From a virus (Duplodnaviria; Caudoviricetes), in the IMG/VR virus record IMGVR_UViG_3300030372_002858, positions 1-37,006 of that record: a DNA stretch of 37,006 bases, one strand, 5' to 3'. Position numbers and translations under genes: made by a program. Of the stretch, positions 27,098-35,374 are shown piece by piece. Numbering within the stretch: position 1 is the first letter of the stretch; every line of letters starts with the position of its first letter. The notes under the pieces were generated by a model. That model was not told where the DNA came from. It saw nothing but the letters and a program-made list of their open reading frames with translations, and ran no database searches.

Positions 27098-27703
27098 ATG
27101 GCATTCTTATCAAACATACAACCCTCGCCCGATGGTGGTGCTGAGCATTACTATAAGTTCGGGCAAGGAGAGAATAAGTTCCGCATCGTCGGATCAAGCG
27201 ACACCACGCCTCCTGGCTTCATTCAAGGCATGATTGGATGGGGCGAGAACGAGGAGGGCAAACGCAAGCCTTTCCGCTGGCGAATAGGCGAGGACGCACC
27301 ACGCAACTTCGCAGAAAAACCCCGCGAGTTCTTTGCATTGGCGGTTTGGAACTACGAGGAGGCTTGCGTACAAGTGCTTGAGCTTACTCAGGCAGGACTG
27401 AAGAGCGAGCTTGTGACGCTTGCCAATGACAAGGAGTGGGGTGACCCGCGCAAGTATGACATTGCGGTGATAAGGAATGGTGAGGGCAAGGACACGTCAT
27501 ACGTCATGACCCCCAAGCCCCACAAGAAGCTCGATGCTAGTGCGGTGGCAATAGTCAAGGCCACGCCTGTCAACTTGGAAGCGCTCTACGATGGTGGCGA
27601 TCCATTCGAGGATGCAGAACCTGCCAAGCCCGCGAAGCTTGCCGAGCCTAAAGAGCCGGACGTGGAGGAGGAAGACGAGGGCGAAGAGGAGAACCCTTTC
27701 TGA
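27098..27703 (+). CDS. Single-stranded DNA-binding protein (gp32/gp2.5-like)
   Basis: NKFRIV, WGDPRKYDI..RNGEGKDTSY; acidic tail ending EEENPF. Confidence 0.75.
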   Translation: MAFLSNIQPSPDGGAEHYYKFGQGENKFRIVGSSDTTPPGFIQGMIGWGENEEGKRKPFRWRIGEDAPRNFAEKPREFFALAVWNYEEACVQVLELTQAGLKSELVTLANDKEWGDPRKYDIAVIRNGEGKDTSYVMTPKPHKKLDASAVAIVKATPVNLEALYDGGDPFEDAEPAKPAKLAEPKEPDVEEEDEGEEENPF

Positions 27704-28680
27704 TGTTACGGACTGACATTAGCAACTCGGCCTATCACGGGTCGGGTGACCTTAGTCGGAGCGTGGCGTGGGCATTGCGCAAGTCATGCCCGGCTCAGGT
27801 ATGGCACGACATGAAGCACCCTACTCCTAGCGATGCCCCTCATTTCGTGATGGGAGATTGCACGCACGCTGCAACGCTCGAACCGTTCAGGCTCGATGAG
27901 GAGTACGGGGTCAAGCCCGAGTCCATTGACGGGAGCGGGCCGAGAACGAATGCGTACAAGGCGGCATTCGAAGAGATGCAAAACCACGCACCCGACAAGC
28001 GTTGGCTTACCGCTAGCGACTACAAGCGTTGTATGGATATGGCGGCAAGCGCGAGGGAGCATCCGATCATGCAGACCTACCTTGATGATCCTGAGAGTGT
28101 GATCGAGGGAACGGGCTTTTTTGAGCATGAAGGTGCGGATTGCAAGGTACGTCCTGACTTATGGAATCCCGGCGCGGGTGTGGTGGTGGACTTGAAAACC
28201 ACGCAGAGCGCGAACGAGAAGGACTTCGCTCGCTCCGTAGTGAAGTATGGTTATGCGTTCCAAGCCTGTTGGTATCTTCATGGCTTGCGATTGATGGGCG
28301 AGAACCCCAAGCAATTCATATTCGTATGCGTTGAGAAAGCTGCGCCTTACTTGACTAATGCGTTCACCTTGAGCGCGAGCGACGTGGACAGACAGAAGAG
28401 CGTCATGGCGGACGCATGTAAGCTTTGGGCAACGTGCATGGACTCAGGAGTGTGGCCTGGCTACAGCGATGACGTCAAAACGCTAAGCCTCGGAAACAAC
28501 TTGGCTAACCGTCTGAGCATATCGGAGATTGCCGACAAGTTCGAAGTGTCCCGTAGTTACGTTTACCGCATTCTCAAGGATCACGGTTTGGAAACCCGCA
28601 ATATTGGCAACCGCAGGACGGTTGACATGGGAGACTTTGCCCAAGCCTTGCGATTTGACAGTGAGGGCAGAGCGGCATGA
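27703..28680 (+). CDS. RecE/exonuclease VIII-like PD-(D/E)XK exonuclease with C-terminal HTH
   Basis: ISNSAYH, GDCTHAATLEP, CKVRPD, VVDLKTT, YAFQACWY, FIFVCVEK; tail LSISEIADKFEVSRSYVYRIL. Confidence 0.88.
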   Translation: MLRTDISNSAYHGSGDLSRSVAWALRKSCPAQVWHDMKHPTPSDAPHFVMGDCTHAATLEPFRLDEEYGVKPESIDGSGPRTNAYKAAFEEMQNHAPDKRWLTASDYKRCMDMAASAREHPIMQTYLDDPESVIEGTGFFEHEGADCKVRPDLWNPGAGVVVDLKTTQSANEKDFARSVVKYGYAFQACWYLHGLRLMGENPKQFIFVCVEKAAPYLTNAFTLSASDVDRQKSVMADACKLWATCMDSGVWPGYSDDVKTLSLGNNLANRLSISEIADKFEVSRSYVYRILKDHGLETRNIGNRRTVDMGDFAQALRFDSEGRAA

Positions 28681-28913
28681 GCGGGAAGGTCATAAGCTTG
28701 CTCAGTACAAAGAAGGCGCTCGAACTCACCGGATACCGCTCGCTCAACTCATTGCAACAACTGCATGAGTCCGAGGACGTAGCGCTCACGTGCTACAGGA
28801 TCAAGGGTGGTCATGGACGGGGGGCGCTTGTGCGTGCATGGAGCGAGAAAGAACTGAAGGAATTCATGAAGAACAACCATCAACTAACGGAGGAAAAATG
28901 GCTGATAGATTAG
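28677..28913 (+). CDS. Excisionase/AlpA-like DNA-binding protein
   Basis: LLSTKKALELTGYRS...RAWSEKELKEFM MerR-like winged-HTH pattern. Confidence 0.6.
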   Translation: MSGKVISLLSTKKALELTGYRSLNSLQQLHESEDVALTCYRIKGGHGRGALVRAWSEKELKEFMKNNHQLTEEKWLID

Positions 28914-29116
28914 AGCAAATAAGGCGAATCAAGCAGGGTGTGGAGTTTGCGAACAACCATATAGTCGAGAGCGACTGGCACGGGGCGATAGTCGTGCAGA
29001 ATGCGCTCATCGAACAGTTGCTCGCATTGATCGAGGGTGAAGACTTGAACAACGCAAGCGATCCCGACGTGGTAATTACATTCAAGGAGGATTGCGGAGA
29101 TGACAGCGGGACTTGA
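28898..29116 (+). CDS. Hypothetical protein (MADRLEQ...)
   Basis: GGAGG RBS before ATG 28898. Confidence 0.7.
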   Translation: MADRLEQIRRIKQGVEFANNHIVESDWHGAIVVQNALIEQLLALIEGEDLNNASDPDVVITFKEDCGDDSGT

Positions 29117-29582
29117 GCGGTGCATCATTGCGATTGATCCAGGTGCGAGTGGTGGGTTTTGTCAGTTCATAGGTACGCAAGTCGTAACGGCTTGGAAGTT
29201 CACCAGCTTGTCGGACTTCACGGATGATGTTCACGACTTGATGCACGACCCCGATTCTCGGCTTGAGTTTGTCTTGGAAGACGTCCCCCCGTTTGCGGGT
29301 AAGAACATTCCCTCGTCTGCGGGTTTCAAATTAGGCAAGTCATGCGGGTTCTACGAAGGGCTTGCAAGGGGCTTGAAGATACCATGCCATCTTGTTTCTC
29401 CAAAGACGTGGCAAAAGGGCTTGCAGGGTCTGCAAAAGACGTCAGGCGCTCAACGCAAGCGCTTGCTCAAGGATCATGCGACAAGGCTATACCCTGATCT
29501 CGGGAAGGACGTAACCCTAGCGACTGCGGATGCCGTGCTCATAGGGCATTGGTTTATTAATAACGATGCCCCAGTTCAGTAA
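29100..29582 (+). CDS. RuvC-like Holliday junction resolvase
   Basis: IAIDPGASGG, VLEDV, VSPKTWQK, ADAVLI. Confidence 0.82.
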   Translation: MTAGLERCIIAIDPGASGGFCQFIGTQVVTAWKFTSLSDFTDDVHDLMHDPDSRLEFVLEDVPPFAGKNIPSSAGFKLGKSCGFYEGLARGLKIPCHLVSPKTWQKGLQGLQKTSGAQRKRLLKDHATRLYPDLGKDVTLATADAVLIGHWFINNDAPVQ

Positions 29583-30000
29583 CAGTCTAGGGGTAGGCAA
29601 GGAACGGGAAGAGGAGATCATGAGCTTCATGCGCGAGCATGGGCATCTCCCGATCCCGATTCCAGGCAAGTTCAAGGGCTACGATTTCTTCACCGCGAAT
29701 ACCAAGCAAGCGTATGAGGTTAAGCAAGACTGGAAATCCCGCTACAGTGGCAACCTGGTCGTGGAAATAGCGTTCGGTGGAAAACCCTCCGGACTCAGTA
29801 CCACGCAAGCCGACTGGTGGATCTTCCACACGGGTGAGGAATACATATTCATGCGCCCAAAGACAATTCGCAAGCTGATCGAGAAGGAGCGTTTGCGTCC
29901 GGCAAAGTTCGTGGGCAAGGGAGACTCCAAGCAGAAGGAAGCGTACCTAGTACCCGTCGAAACGATCCACCGATATGCGGAGAAGGTACATAAGCTATGA
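29566..30000 (+). CDS. PD-(D/E)XK nuclease-like protein
   Basis: YDFF..YEVKQD..SGNLVVE..PSGLSTTQADWW. Confidence 0.7.
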   Translation: MPQFSNSLGVGKEREEEIMSFMREHGHLPIPIPGKFKGYDFFTANTKQAYEVKQDWKSRYSGNLVVEIAFGGKPSGLSTTQADWWIFHTGEEYIFMRPKTIRKLIEKERLRPAKFVGKGDSKQKEAYLVPVETIHRYAEKVHKL

Positions 30001-30188
30001 ACAAGCTTGAATGGTTGTCTTTGGAATACGTCATTCCTCCATCAAACCTCCTAGAATACGTACAGGATTACGGAGTTATCTCGGATAATTGTTGGAAACT
30101 CGATCAAGTCGTAAATGCGGATGAAGCTTGGCTATTCATTGTAAAAAACTGGAAGGAATTCACTTCCGTACACTCGTGTGTTTTATGA
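29997..30188 (+). CDS. Hypothetical protein
   Basis: ATGA overlaps on both sides. Confidence 0.7.
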   Translation: MNKLEWLSLEYVIPPSNLLEYVQDYGVISDNCWKLDQVVNADEAWLFIVKNWKEFTSVHSCVL

Positions 30189-30295
30189 AAAAATTACTAG
30201 AAAATATTATCGTTCACCTCCTCTTTCTGACTGCAATCATCGTCTTCGTATGGATGATTCTAGGCTTCGTTCTCACGTTAGGAGGGGTCAAGTAG
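30185..30295 (+). CDS. 36-aa single-TM peptide (MKKLLENIIVHLLFLTAIIVFVWMILGFVLTLGGVK)
   Basis: ATGA coupling; stop 2 nt before the next ATG; not in the ORF track. Confidence 0.7.
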   Translation: MKKLLENIIVHLLFLTAIIVFVWMILGFVLTLGGVK

Positions 30296-30297
30296 AC

Positions 30298-30756
30298 ATG
30301 TCAAAGAACAAGGAAAAGAGGATCATGTTGGGGGAAGCGGCAACCTCAATCTTAGACGAGTATTGCGAGTTAACGGGACTCCAGTGTTCCTCCGTGATTA
30401 CCGTCATTATACTGGAGGATCTACGTAAACGCCTCGCGCGCGCACGTCATTTCTTCGAAATGAATAATACTATATATAGCCCGCCTTCCAAAGAACCTCC
30501 AAGAAACACGGCAAAGAAAAAAGCATCTCCTCGCAAGCAAAAGACTTCATTGCCCGATGACTTTGATCCGCCCCGCGCGATTTCCGAGGAAGCGGGAGTA
30601 GACCACGACAAAGCGGTTCGTTTCTTCAAAGCCCAAGCGGAAGCGAAGGATTACAAATACGTGAACTGGGACAAGGCATTCGCGCTTGCGGTCAACGGAT
30701 ACCTCATTGAGAACTTTCCGCAAATCAAGCAAGCTCCGAAGATCAAGAACCTCTAA
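30298..30756 (+). CDS. Replication initiator-like protein (N-terminal RHH-like, C-terminal DnaT-like domain)
   Basis: AGGAGG RBS; LPDDFDP...YVNWDKAF motif; directly upstream of DnaB. Confidence 0.6.
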   Translation: MSKNKEKRIMLGEAATSILDEYCELTGLQCSSVITVIILEDLRKRLARARHFFEMNNTIYSPPSKEPPRNTAKKKASPRKQKTSLPDDFDPPRAISEEAGVDHDKAVRFFKAQAEAKDYKYVNWDKAFALAVNGYLIENFPQIKQAPKIKNL

Positions 30757-30768
30757 ACTCATGTCAGT

Positions 30769-32052
30769 GTGGATTACGACTTAGCGGAGATCGCGGTTCT
30801 CGCATCCGCGATGCGCGATGCCTCGGGCCGATCCTCGGCCATTGCATTGGAACATCTCACGGAGGAGGATTTCGGCTCACCCGAGCGCCAGCGCATATTC
30901 CTGGTTCTCTCGAAGCTCGCCCCTGCGTGTAACGACGTTGACGTGATGATGGAACTGCCGGAACTGAGCGACACGGTAACCTTTATCTCTCAGCAATACG
31001 GTGGCGGGAACGTCGAGCGCTACGTGGACCATCTTATCGAGCATCGCAACGTCCGCGCGGTAAACCGGGCATTGCTTGCCGCCCAGGACGGGGTTCTCAC
31101 GCAAAGGAGCGCGGAAGAGATCGCGTCTTCCTTCACTGCGGAGGTAGCGAAAGCATTCACCACGCGAAAGGGACAGGTACACGTCAAGCAAGCGGTGCAA
31201 GACGCGCATGCGGACTTTCTCGCTCAGGATGCGGGCGAGTTCTCCGCAATACCCACGGGTTTCTCACGCCTGGACTCGCATCTCGGAGGCGGATTGAAGA
31301 ACGGATGCCTGTACGTGATAGGCGCAAGGCCCGGAGTGGGCAAATCCGCACTCGCGATTCACCTTGCCATGCAAGCCGCGAAGAAAGGCATCCGTTCATC
31401 CTATGCATCTCTCGAAATGACCGCATCCGAGTGCGCGGGGCGATTGCTTGCGAATGCAAGCGGAGTCCCGCGCCCAACCACGCAGGGCAAGCTTACCGCA
31501 GGGCATAAGAAGCGCCTCGCGGATACCGCATCCTCCATGAAAGCATGGCCTATCACATTCAAAGATGACAACCAGGCAACCTTGGAAGCGTTTGGCGCGT
31601 TTCTCCAGCAACAACGCTTGGAAGGTGATCTCGGATTTGCGGTCGTGGATTACTTGCAACTGCTTTCGAGTCCGGGCTTCGACTCCCGCACGCAGGAAGT
31701 CTCCCACATTTCGCGATCCCTCAAGGCCATGGCAATGGAATACGAGATTCCGATTCTCGCGTTAAGCCAGCTTAACCGTTCGAGCGCCCGCGAGAACCGC
31801 AAGCCCAGCCTGAGCGATCTGCGTGAGAGCGGGAGCATAGAGCAGGATGCGGATAGCGTGATTCTCCTTGATCGCGAGAAGGAACTTAACTCAACTACGG
31901 ACGTCATGCACATCAACCTCGCGAAGAACCGCAACGGGGATACGGGACAATCGTTTGCCCAGTTCGAGAAACCGCTCGGTCGTTTCTCCTCGCATATCGA
32001 GCCCAGGTTAAACGATGACGAACCCGTTTCTCCTAGCGAGCTGCCTTGGTAG
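30769..32052 (+). CDS. dnaB: Replicative DNA helicase, DnaB family
   Basis: GARPGVGKS, SLEM, VDYLQL, LSQLNR, SDLRESGSIEQDAD, KNRNG. Confidence 0.96.
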   Translation: MDYDLAEIAVLASAMRDASGRSSAIALEHLTEEDFGSPERQRIFLVLSKLAPACNDVDVMMELPELSDTVTFISQQYGGGNVERYVDHLIEHRNVRAVNRALLAAQDGVLTQRSAEEIASSFTAEVAKAFTTRKGQVHVKQAVQDAHADFLAQDAGEFSAIPTGFSRLDSHLGGGLKNGCLYVIGARPGVGKSALAIHLAMQAAKKGIRSSYASLEMTASECAGRLLANASGVPRPTTQGKLTAGHKKRLADTASSMKAWPITFKDDNQATLEAFGAFLQQQRLEGDLGFAVVDYLQLLSSPGFDSRTQEVSHISRSLKAMAMEYEIPILALSQLNRSSARENRKPSLSDLRESGSIEQDADSVILLDREKELNSTTDVMHINLAKNRNGDTGQSFAQFEKPLGRFSSHIEPRLNDDEPVSPSELPW

Positions 32053-32100
32053 ACTACCGAAAGCTACGGGAAGGCACATTGCGTGACCGTAGAGGGTGCT

Positions 32101-32159
32101 AGGAGCGCGTTTTGTGTCTCGGGAATACCAAAGGTCATGTTTCGGAACAAAACGCTTTT
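32101..32159. other. Long imperfect hairpin between convergent operons
   Basis: GCGTTTTGT (32107-32115) pairs with ACAAAACGC (32147-32155), with further inner pairing. Confidence 0.55.
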
Positions 32160-32175
32160 AAGGGCGATACAAGGC

Positions 32176-32364
32176 TTATGCTTGTCTCTCCTTATATTCC
32201 GCAATTACTTTATCCAGCACCTCGGTCGATACTCCCCATGCAATCATCAAGCGCTTGGCATCGTCCCACATTTTGCGATTCAGATAAGCCACAAGCTCGC
32301 GCTGTAATTGCTCCTTTCTCAGTTTCTCAAGGCGCGGGATAGGGTGACCCTGGAAGGTTGTCAT
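32176..32364 (-). CDS. Hypothetical protein
   Basis: AAGGAG RBS; ATGA overlap. Confidence 0.75.
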   Translation of the reverse strand: MTTFQGHPIPRLEKLRKEQLQRELVAYLNRKMWDDAKRLMIAWGVSTEVLDKVIAEYKERQA

Positions 32365-32750
32365 GCCGTTTCTCCTTCCTCTTTGTATATGTTTTCTTCA
32401 ATCGACTTGGATAATTCAGAAATGAAATCCTTTTCGTCTCTGATAGAGTTAGTCAAAAACGAGTAGACGTGCTCGAAACCTTTTGCGTATCGCTCATCCC
32501 AAGTGAGGTCATCCCATCCTTTGCTCTTCTTTAGTTTCTCGTTTTTGGCAAGTTGCTTCTTTTCCGTAACACTATATTCGTCCGGAGTCTTCTCAATGTG
32601 TACAGCTCGCTCGCAAAACATAGAACCCAGCCCGTCCGCAACTACTGCGTACATCAAATCATGCAACTTTCTCCTTTCTTCTTTCGCAATTCTCGTTAGC
32701 AAGCAATGTTGCTTGTCCGTTAGTTCAATATTTATCGTTTTCATGTTCAT
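32361..32750 (-). CDS. Protein with N-terminal RHH-like domain
   Basis: MKTINIELTDKQHCLLTRIAKEERR pattern; AAGGAG RBS. Confidence 0.7.
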   Translation of the reverse strand: MNMKTINIELTDKQHCLLTRIAKEERRKLHDLMYAVVADGLGSMFCERAVHIEKTPDEYSVTEKKQLAKNEKLKKSKGWDDLTWDERYAKGFEHVYSFLTNSIRDEKDFISELSKSIEENIYKEEGETA

Positions 32751-32790
32751 TGTTCTTTCTCCTTATGTTGTTCATTGCGTTCAAGCCCTT

Positions 32791-32829
32791 ATAAAACGCC
32801 CCCGCGAGGTATCCCGCCCCGCGAGGGCG
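32791..32829 (-). terminator. Terminator-like hairpin within the early operon
   Basis: GC-rich stem CGCCCTCGCGGG/CTCGCGGGGGCG followed by TTTTAT on the - strand. Confidence 0.6.
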
Positions 32830-32836
32830 CACAGGA

Positions 32837-33154
32837 CTAGAACAAAAGTTTGTTAATTTCCTTGCGGGTTTTTTTCGATTGAGTCTTTTGATCTTCGTCT
32901 TTCGGTTGATCCAAGACAGTTGCGCACCTATAAGCATTCTTCCCCTGCATTCTTTTCTTCATGCCTTTCGGAAAATCCGAGTCACTGGATTCTAAAATCT
33001 CAAACGTGAACCAGTGCTTGCAAGCATGTCCATATTTCTCCTTGATGCAAATTGCCTTTTCAATGGTCGCGTCACGCACGAATTTCGCATTGCGAAAACT
33101 ACCTCGAAAAATAGGTATTTCCAAAGATACAACAGTACCTTCCACAATGTTCAT
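32837..33154 (-). CDS. Hypothetical protein
   Basis: ATGA overlap; KYGHACKHWFTFEIL. Confidence 0.75.
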   Translation of the reverse strand: MNIVEGTVVSLEIPIFRGSFRNAKFVRDATIEKAICIKEKYGHACKHWFTFEILESSDSDFPKGMKKRMQGKNAYRCATVLDQPKDEDQKTQSKKTRKEINKLLF

Positions 33155-33396
33155 GAGTCCGCCCTCCCCTGAATCACCAGCTCAAGACTCCATTCGTCAT
33201 TTTCCCAGTGAAAGTCCCGCGCCCCAGTCTGCAAGCACGTCCCGCTTGCGGCCAAGTTCTCAGGTTTGACCAAGTCTTTGACAGCCTGGCCAAGCTCGCA
33301 CCCGACCGGGTCGTCAGGCAGCGCGCTGTTGACTATGTCCATGACGTAGTTCTCTCGCGTTACTTGAATGAGTTCTTTTATTTCTTGTATGTTCAT
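33151..33396 (-). CDS. Hypothetical protein
   Basis: TAAGGAG RBS. Confidence 0.75.
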   Translation of the reverse strand: MNIQEIKELIQVTRENYVMDIVNSALPDDPVGCELGQAVKDLVKPENLAASGTCLQTGARDFHWENDEWSLELVIQGRADS

Positions 33397-33424
33397 CGTT
33401 CTAGTTTCTCCTTATCGTTTTTTG

Positions 33425-33622
33425 TTAATTTGCCAGCCATTCGTCAAACGTGAGCAAAGGTTGCCCGTTTCTCGTTATATCCCCACCCGCGCCATCATTG
33501 GCGCATTCCAAGTAAATCTGATATTCCTGCTCATTCGCCCCCCTGACTCTCGTTTGAAAGTTGTAAAGCGCATCTTGAAAATCCTGCTCAGTTGGTTGCG
33601 TATTTTCGTTGTCGTTGTTCAT
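33425..33622 (-). CDS. Small acidic hypothetical protein
   Basis: TAAGGAG RBS; EYQIYL...LTFDEWLAN. Confidence 0.8.
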   Translation of the reverse strand: MNNDNENTQPTEQDFQDALYNFQTRVRGANEQEYQIYLECANDGAGGDITRNGQPLLTFDEWLAN

Positions 33623-33825
33623 TGTCCTAGTTTCTCCTTATGTAGTTGTAACTCCAATTGCTCCCCACGCACGCGCCTTGCACGCCCTACGCGCTTGCGT
33701 GGATCAACGGGTCGATTCTCGACCACCGGATCACACGCATCACGCTCCCGTTTCTCCCGCGCAATCATGCGCTCGATTTCCGCCAGGACGTCAGGCACGA
33801 TTGCGCTCATCTTGCGCAGGCTCAT
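33619..33825 (-). CDS. Hypothetical protein
   Basis: AAGGAG RBS; ATGA overlaps. Confidence 0.7.
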   Translation of the reverse strand: MSLRKMSAIVPDVLAEIERMIAREKRERDACDPVVENRPVDPRKRVGRARRVRGEQLELQLHKEKLGQ

Positions 33826-34091
33826 GACGCGGTTTCTCCTTTGCGCTTTACCAGCTTTGCTTTCAAGTTGTTCCAGTAGGCAGGCGGCAACGATTCGGCC
33901 TTATATTCAACGCCGTGAATCGTTACAAAGAACTTGTCTCCCCTGCTACGCACGCGAGCGCGAAAAGTGCCATGCTTGAAAACGTCAGGAATAAACTGCT
34001 CTATTGCACGTGATGCTTTGAAGTCGTCAAGTAACTGGTCGCGCCGTTTGGCCAGCGCTTCCAATTGCTCTAGTTGCTCGGTTTCGGTCAT
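33822..34091 (-). CDS. Hypothetical protein (MTETEQLEQLE...)
   Basis: AGGAG RBS before ATG 34091; the upstream part of track ORF 33822..34412 overlaps another gene. Confidence 0.72.
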   Translation of the reverse strand: MTETEQLEQLEALAKRRDQLLDDFKASRAIEQFIPDVFKHGTFRARVRSRGDKFFVTIHGVEYKAESLPPAYWNNLKAKLVKRKGETAS

Positions 34092-34165
34092 TGCTTGTTT
34101 CTCCTCTCGTTTCCCTTGCCAAAGTGTAGCCAGAGCAAAAGCTTTTCTCGTTCGGTTAATTTCAT
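34088..34165 (-). CDS. 25-aa peptide MKLTEREKLLLWLHFGKGNERRNKQ
   Basis: TGATG and ATGA coupling fill the gap exactly; AAGGAG RBS. Confidence 0.55.
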   Translation of the reverse strand: MKLTEREKLLLWLHFGKGNERRNKQ

Positions 34166-34449
34166 CAGTAACTTTCTCCTTTGCTTTCGAGGATATCGCG
34201 AACGCGAATAAGTACTTGCCCGAATTGCAAGACGTCATCACCGGGCAAGGCCATTTCTTCAAGCGCTTGGAAAACGTAGCTTTCCTTATCCGCGCCAAGC
34301 GGGCTTGGTTTATATTGCCATGAATCCGGCACGCATGTCTCGGTTTCAAAAGTAAGGTAATCGGCAATTGCAAATAGCCATTGCATGACGTTTCCCCAGT
34401 TGTCTCCATCATTGGTTTCGCGGAATAGTTGTTTGAGTTTTGCGTTCAT
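34165..34449 (-). CDS. Small acidic hypothetical protein
   Basis: AAGGAG RBS; DGDNWGNVMQWLFAIADYL. Confidence 0.78.
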   Translation of the reverse strand: MNAKLKQLFRETNDGDNWGNVMQWLFAIADYLTFETETCVPDSWQYKPSPLGADKESYVFQALEEMALPGDDVLQFGQVLIRVRDILESKGESY

Positions 34450-34850
34450 TGCGCGGTTTCTCCTTTCATTCTTTCCATGCGCATGGCTGCGTGTACAACC
34501 ATCGACAAATTTTCATCCCCCAAGTCTAAGACCATAAGCTCATCACGCGCTTGCATAATAGTCTTGCCTGTGCAATCAATGAGCGCCTGGATTAGCTTTT
34601 CAATGCGCTTTTCCTTGGCCTGTTTCTCCTTTTCCTTGGCCTGCATAAGCTCGACAACTTTTGGAATTATTTTTCGAGTTTCAGAATGCTCGTCAAATAA
34701 GCCCATAAGCGTTTTGCCTGCGCTTTCCAGGGTAGCGCCCATTTGGCAATCAACGCTTGCCTGGATTAGCTTTTCAATGCGCTTTTCCAGGTCAAACCGT
34801 TCAATCCGTTTCGCGCTTTCGCGTTCGTTGTATCCTTCAGGTTTTTTCAT
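34446..34850 (-). CDS. Hypothetical protein with internal duplication
   Basis: AAGGAG RBS before ATG 34850; EKRIEKLIQA occurs twice. Confidence 0.7.
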   Translation of the reverse strand: MKKPEGYNERESAKRIERFDLEKRIEKLIQASVDCQMGATLESAGKTLMGLFDEHSETRKIIPKVVELMQAKEKEKQAKEKRIEKLIQALIDCTGKTIMQARDELMVLDLGDENLSMVVHAAMRMERMKGETAQ

Positions 34851-34851
34851 G

Positions 34852-34950
34852 TCACTCGTCTCCTTTGTTGCTGTTGAAAATGTCCCCATGCATGAGCCAA
34901 AGGGCAAAGAGCATAGGGATAAAAAATATTAGTGAATCGTAACCGTTCAT
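34852..34950 (-). CDS. 32-aa single-TM peptide (MNGYDSLIFFIPMLFALWLMHGDIFNSNKGDE)
   Basis: ATGA coupling; fills the gap; not in the ORF track. Confidence 0.6.
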   Translation of the reverse strand: MNGYDSLIFFIPMLFALWLMHGDIFNSNKGDE

Positions 34951-35357
34951 GATGCGTTTCTCTTTAGCTCGCAACGGATCGAATCAAGCGCGTTTCGGTC
35001 AAGCGTTTCGTCCCATGAATCTTGAAGCGTCTTGCTCTCGTTCAAGATTTCTTCACCCAGGACGTAAGCGAGCATGTTCGCAACCTTTTCCGCATCAGAA
35101 AAATCAGTTGTAACTTGCCCGAAGTTGTCTTGCTCGTATTCCTTGATTTTTTCAATCGCTTCAAACGCTTGATTGCCCAGCCATTGCTTCGCGTTCCACG
35201 TGCCAACCATGAAGTAATCTTCGTTGAAAATATGGTGATGCAATTCGCTAGCTTCCAAGTCAATGTCTTCATAGGGTGAGCGAGCGAGTAAATCGTCAAT
35301 GTAGTCGACTGCGTGCTCTCGTACTAATTCCAGTTTTTCGCTCATTGTTTTTTCCAT
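34947..35357 (-). CDS. Acidic helical protein, Ocr-like DNA-mimic candidate
   Basis: About 31 D/E vs 13 K/R; ELHHHIFNEDY..GTWNAKQWL..EKVANMLAY..GEE; second gene of the early operon. Confidence 0.6.
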   Translation of the reverse strand: MEKTMSEKLELVREHAVDYIDDLLARSPYEDIDLEASELHHHIFNEDYFMVGTWNAKQWLGNQAFEAIEKIKEYEQDNFGQVTTDFSDAEKVANMLAYVLGEEILNESKTLQDSWDETLDRNALDSIRCELKRNAS

Positions 35358-35374
35358 TGTTCTATCCTTTCGGT

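Noticed and set aside
4652-32052. Inteins, introns or stop-codon recoding in TerL, MCP or DnaB
   Set aside because: These proteins are of normal length with contiguous motifs, and the genes tile the genome under the standard code
34092-34412. N-terminal half of ORF 33822..34412
   Set aside because: It overlaps the better-supported 34165..34449 gene, and an RBS precedes ATG 34091
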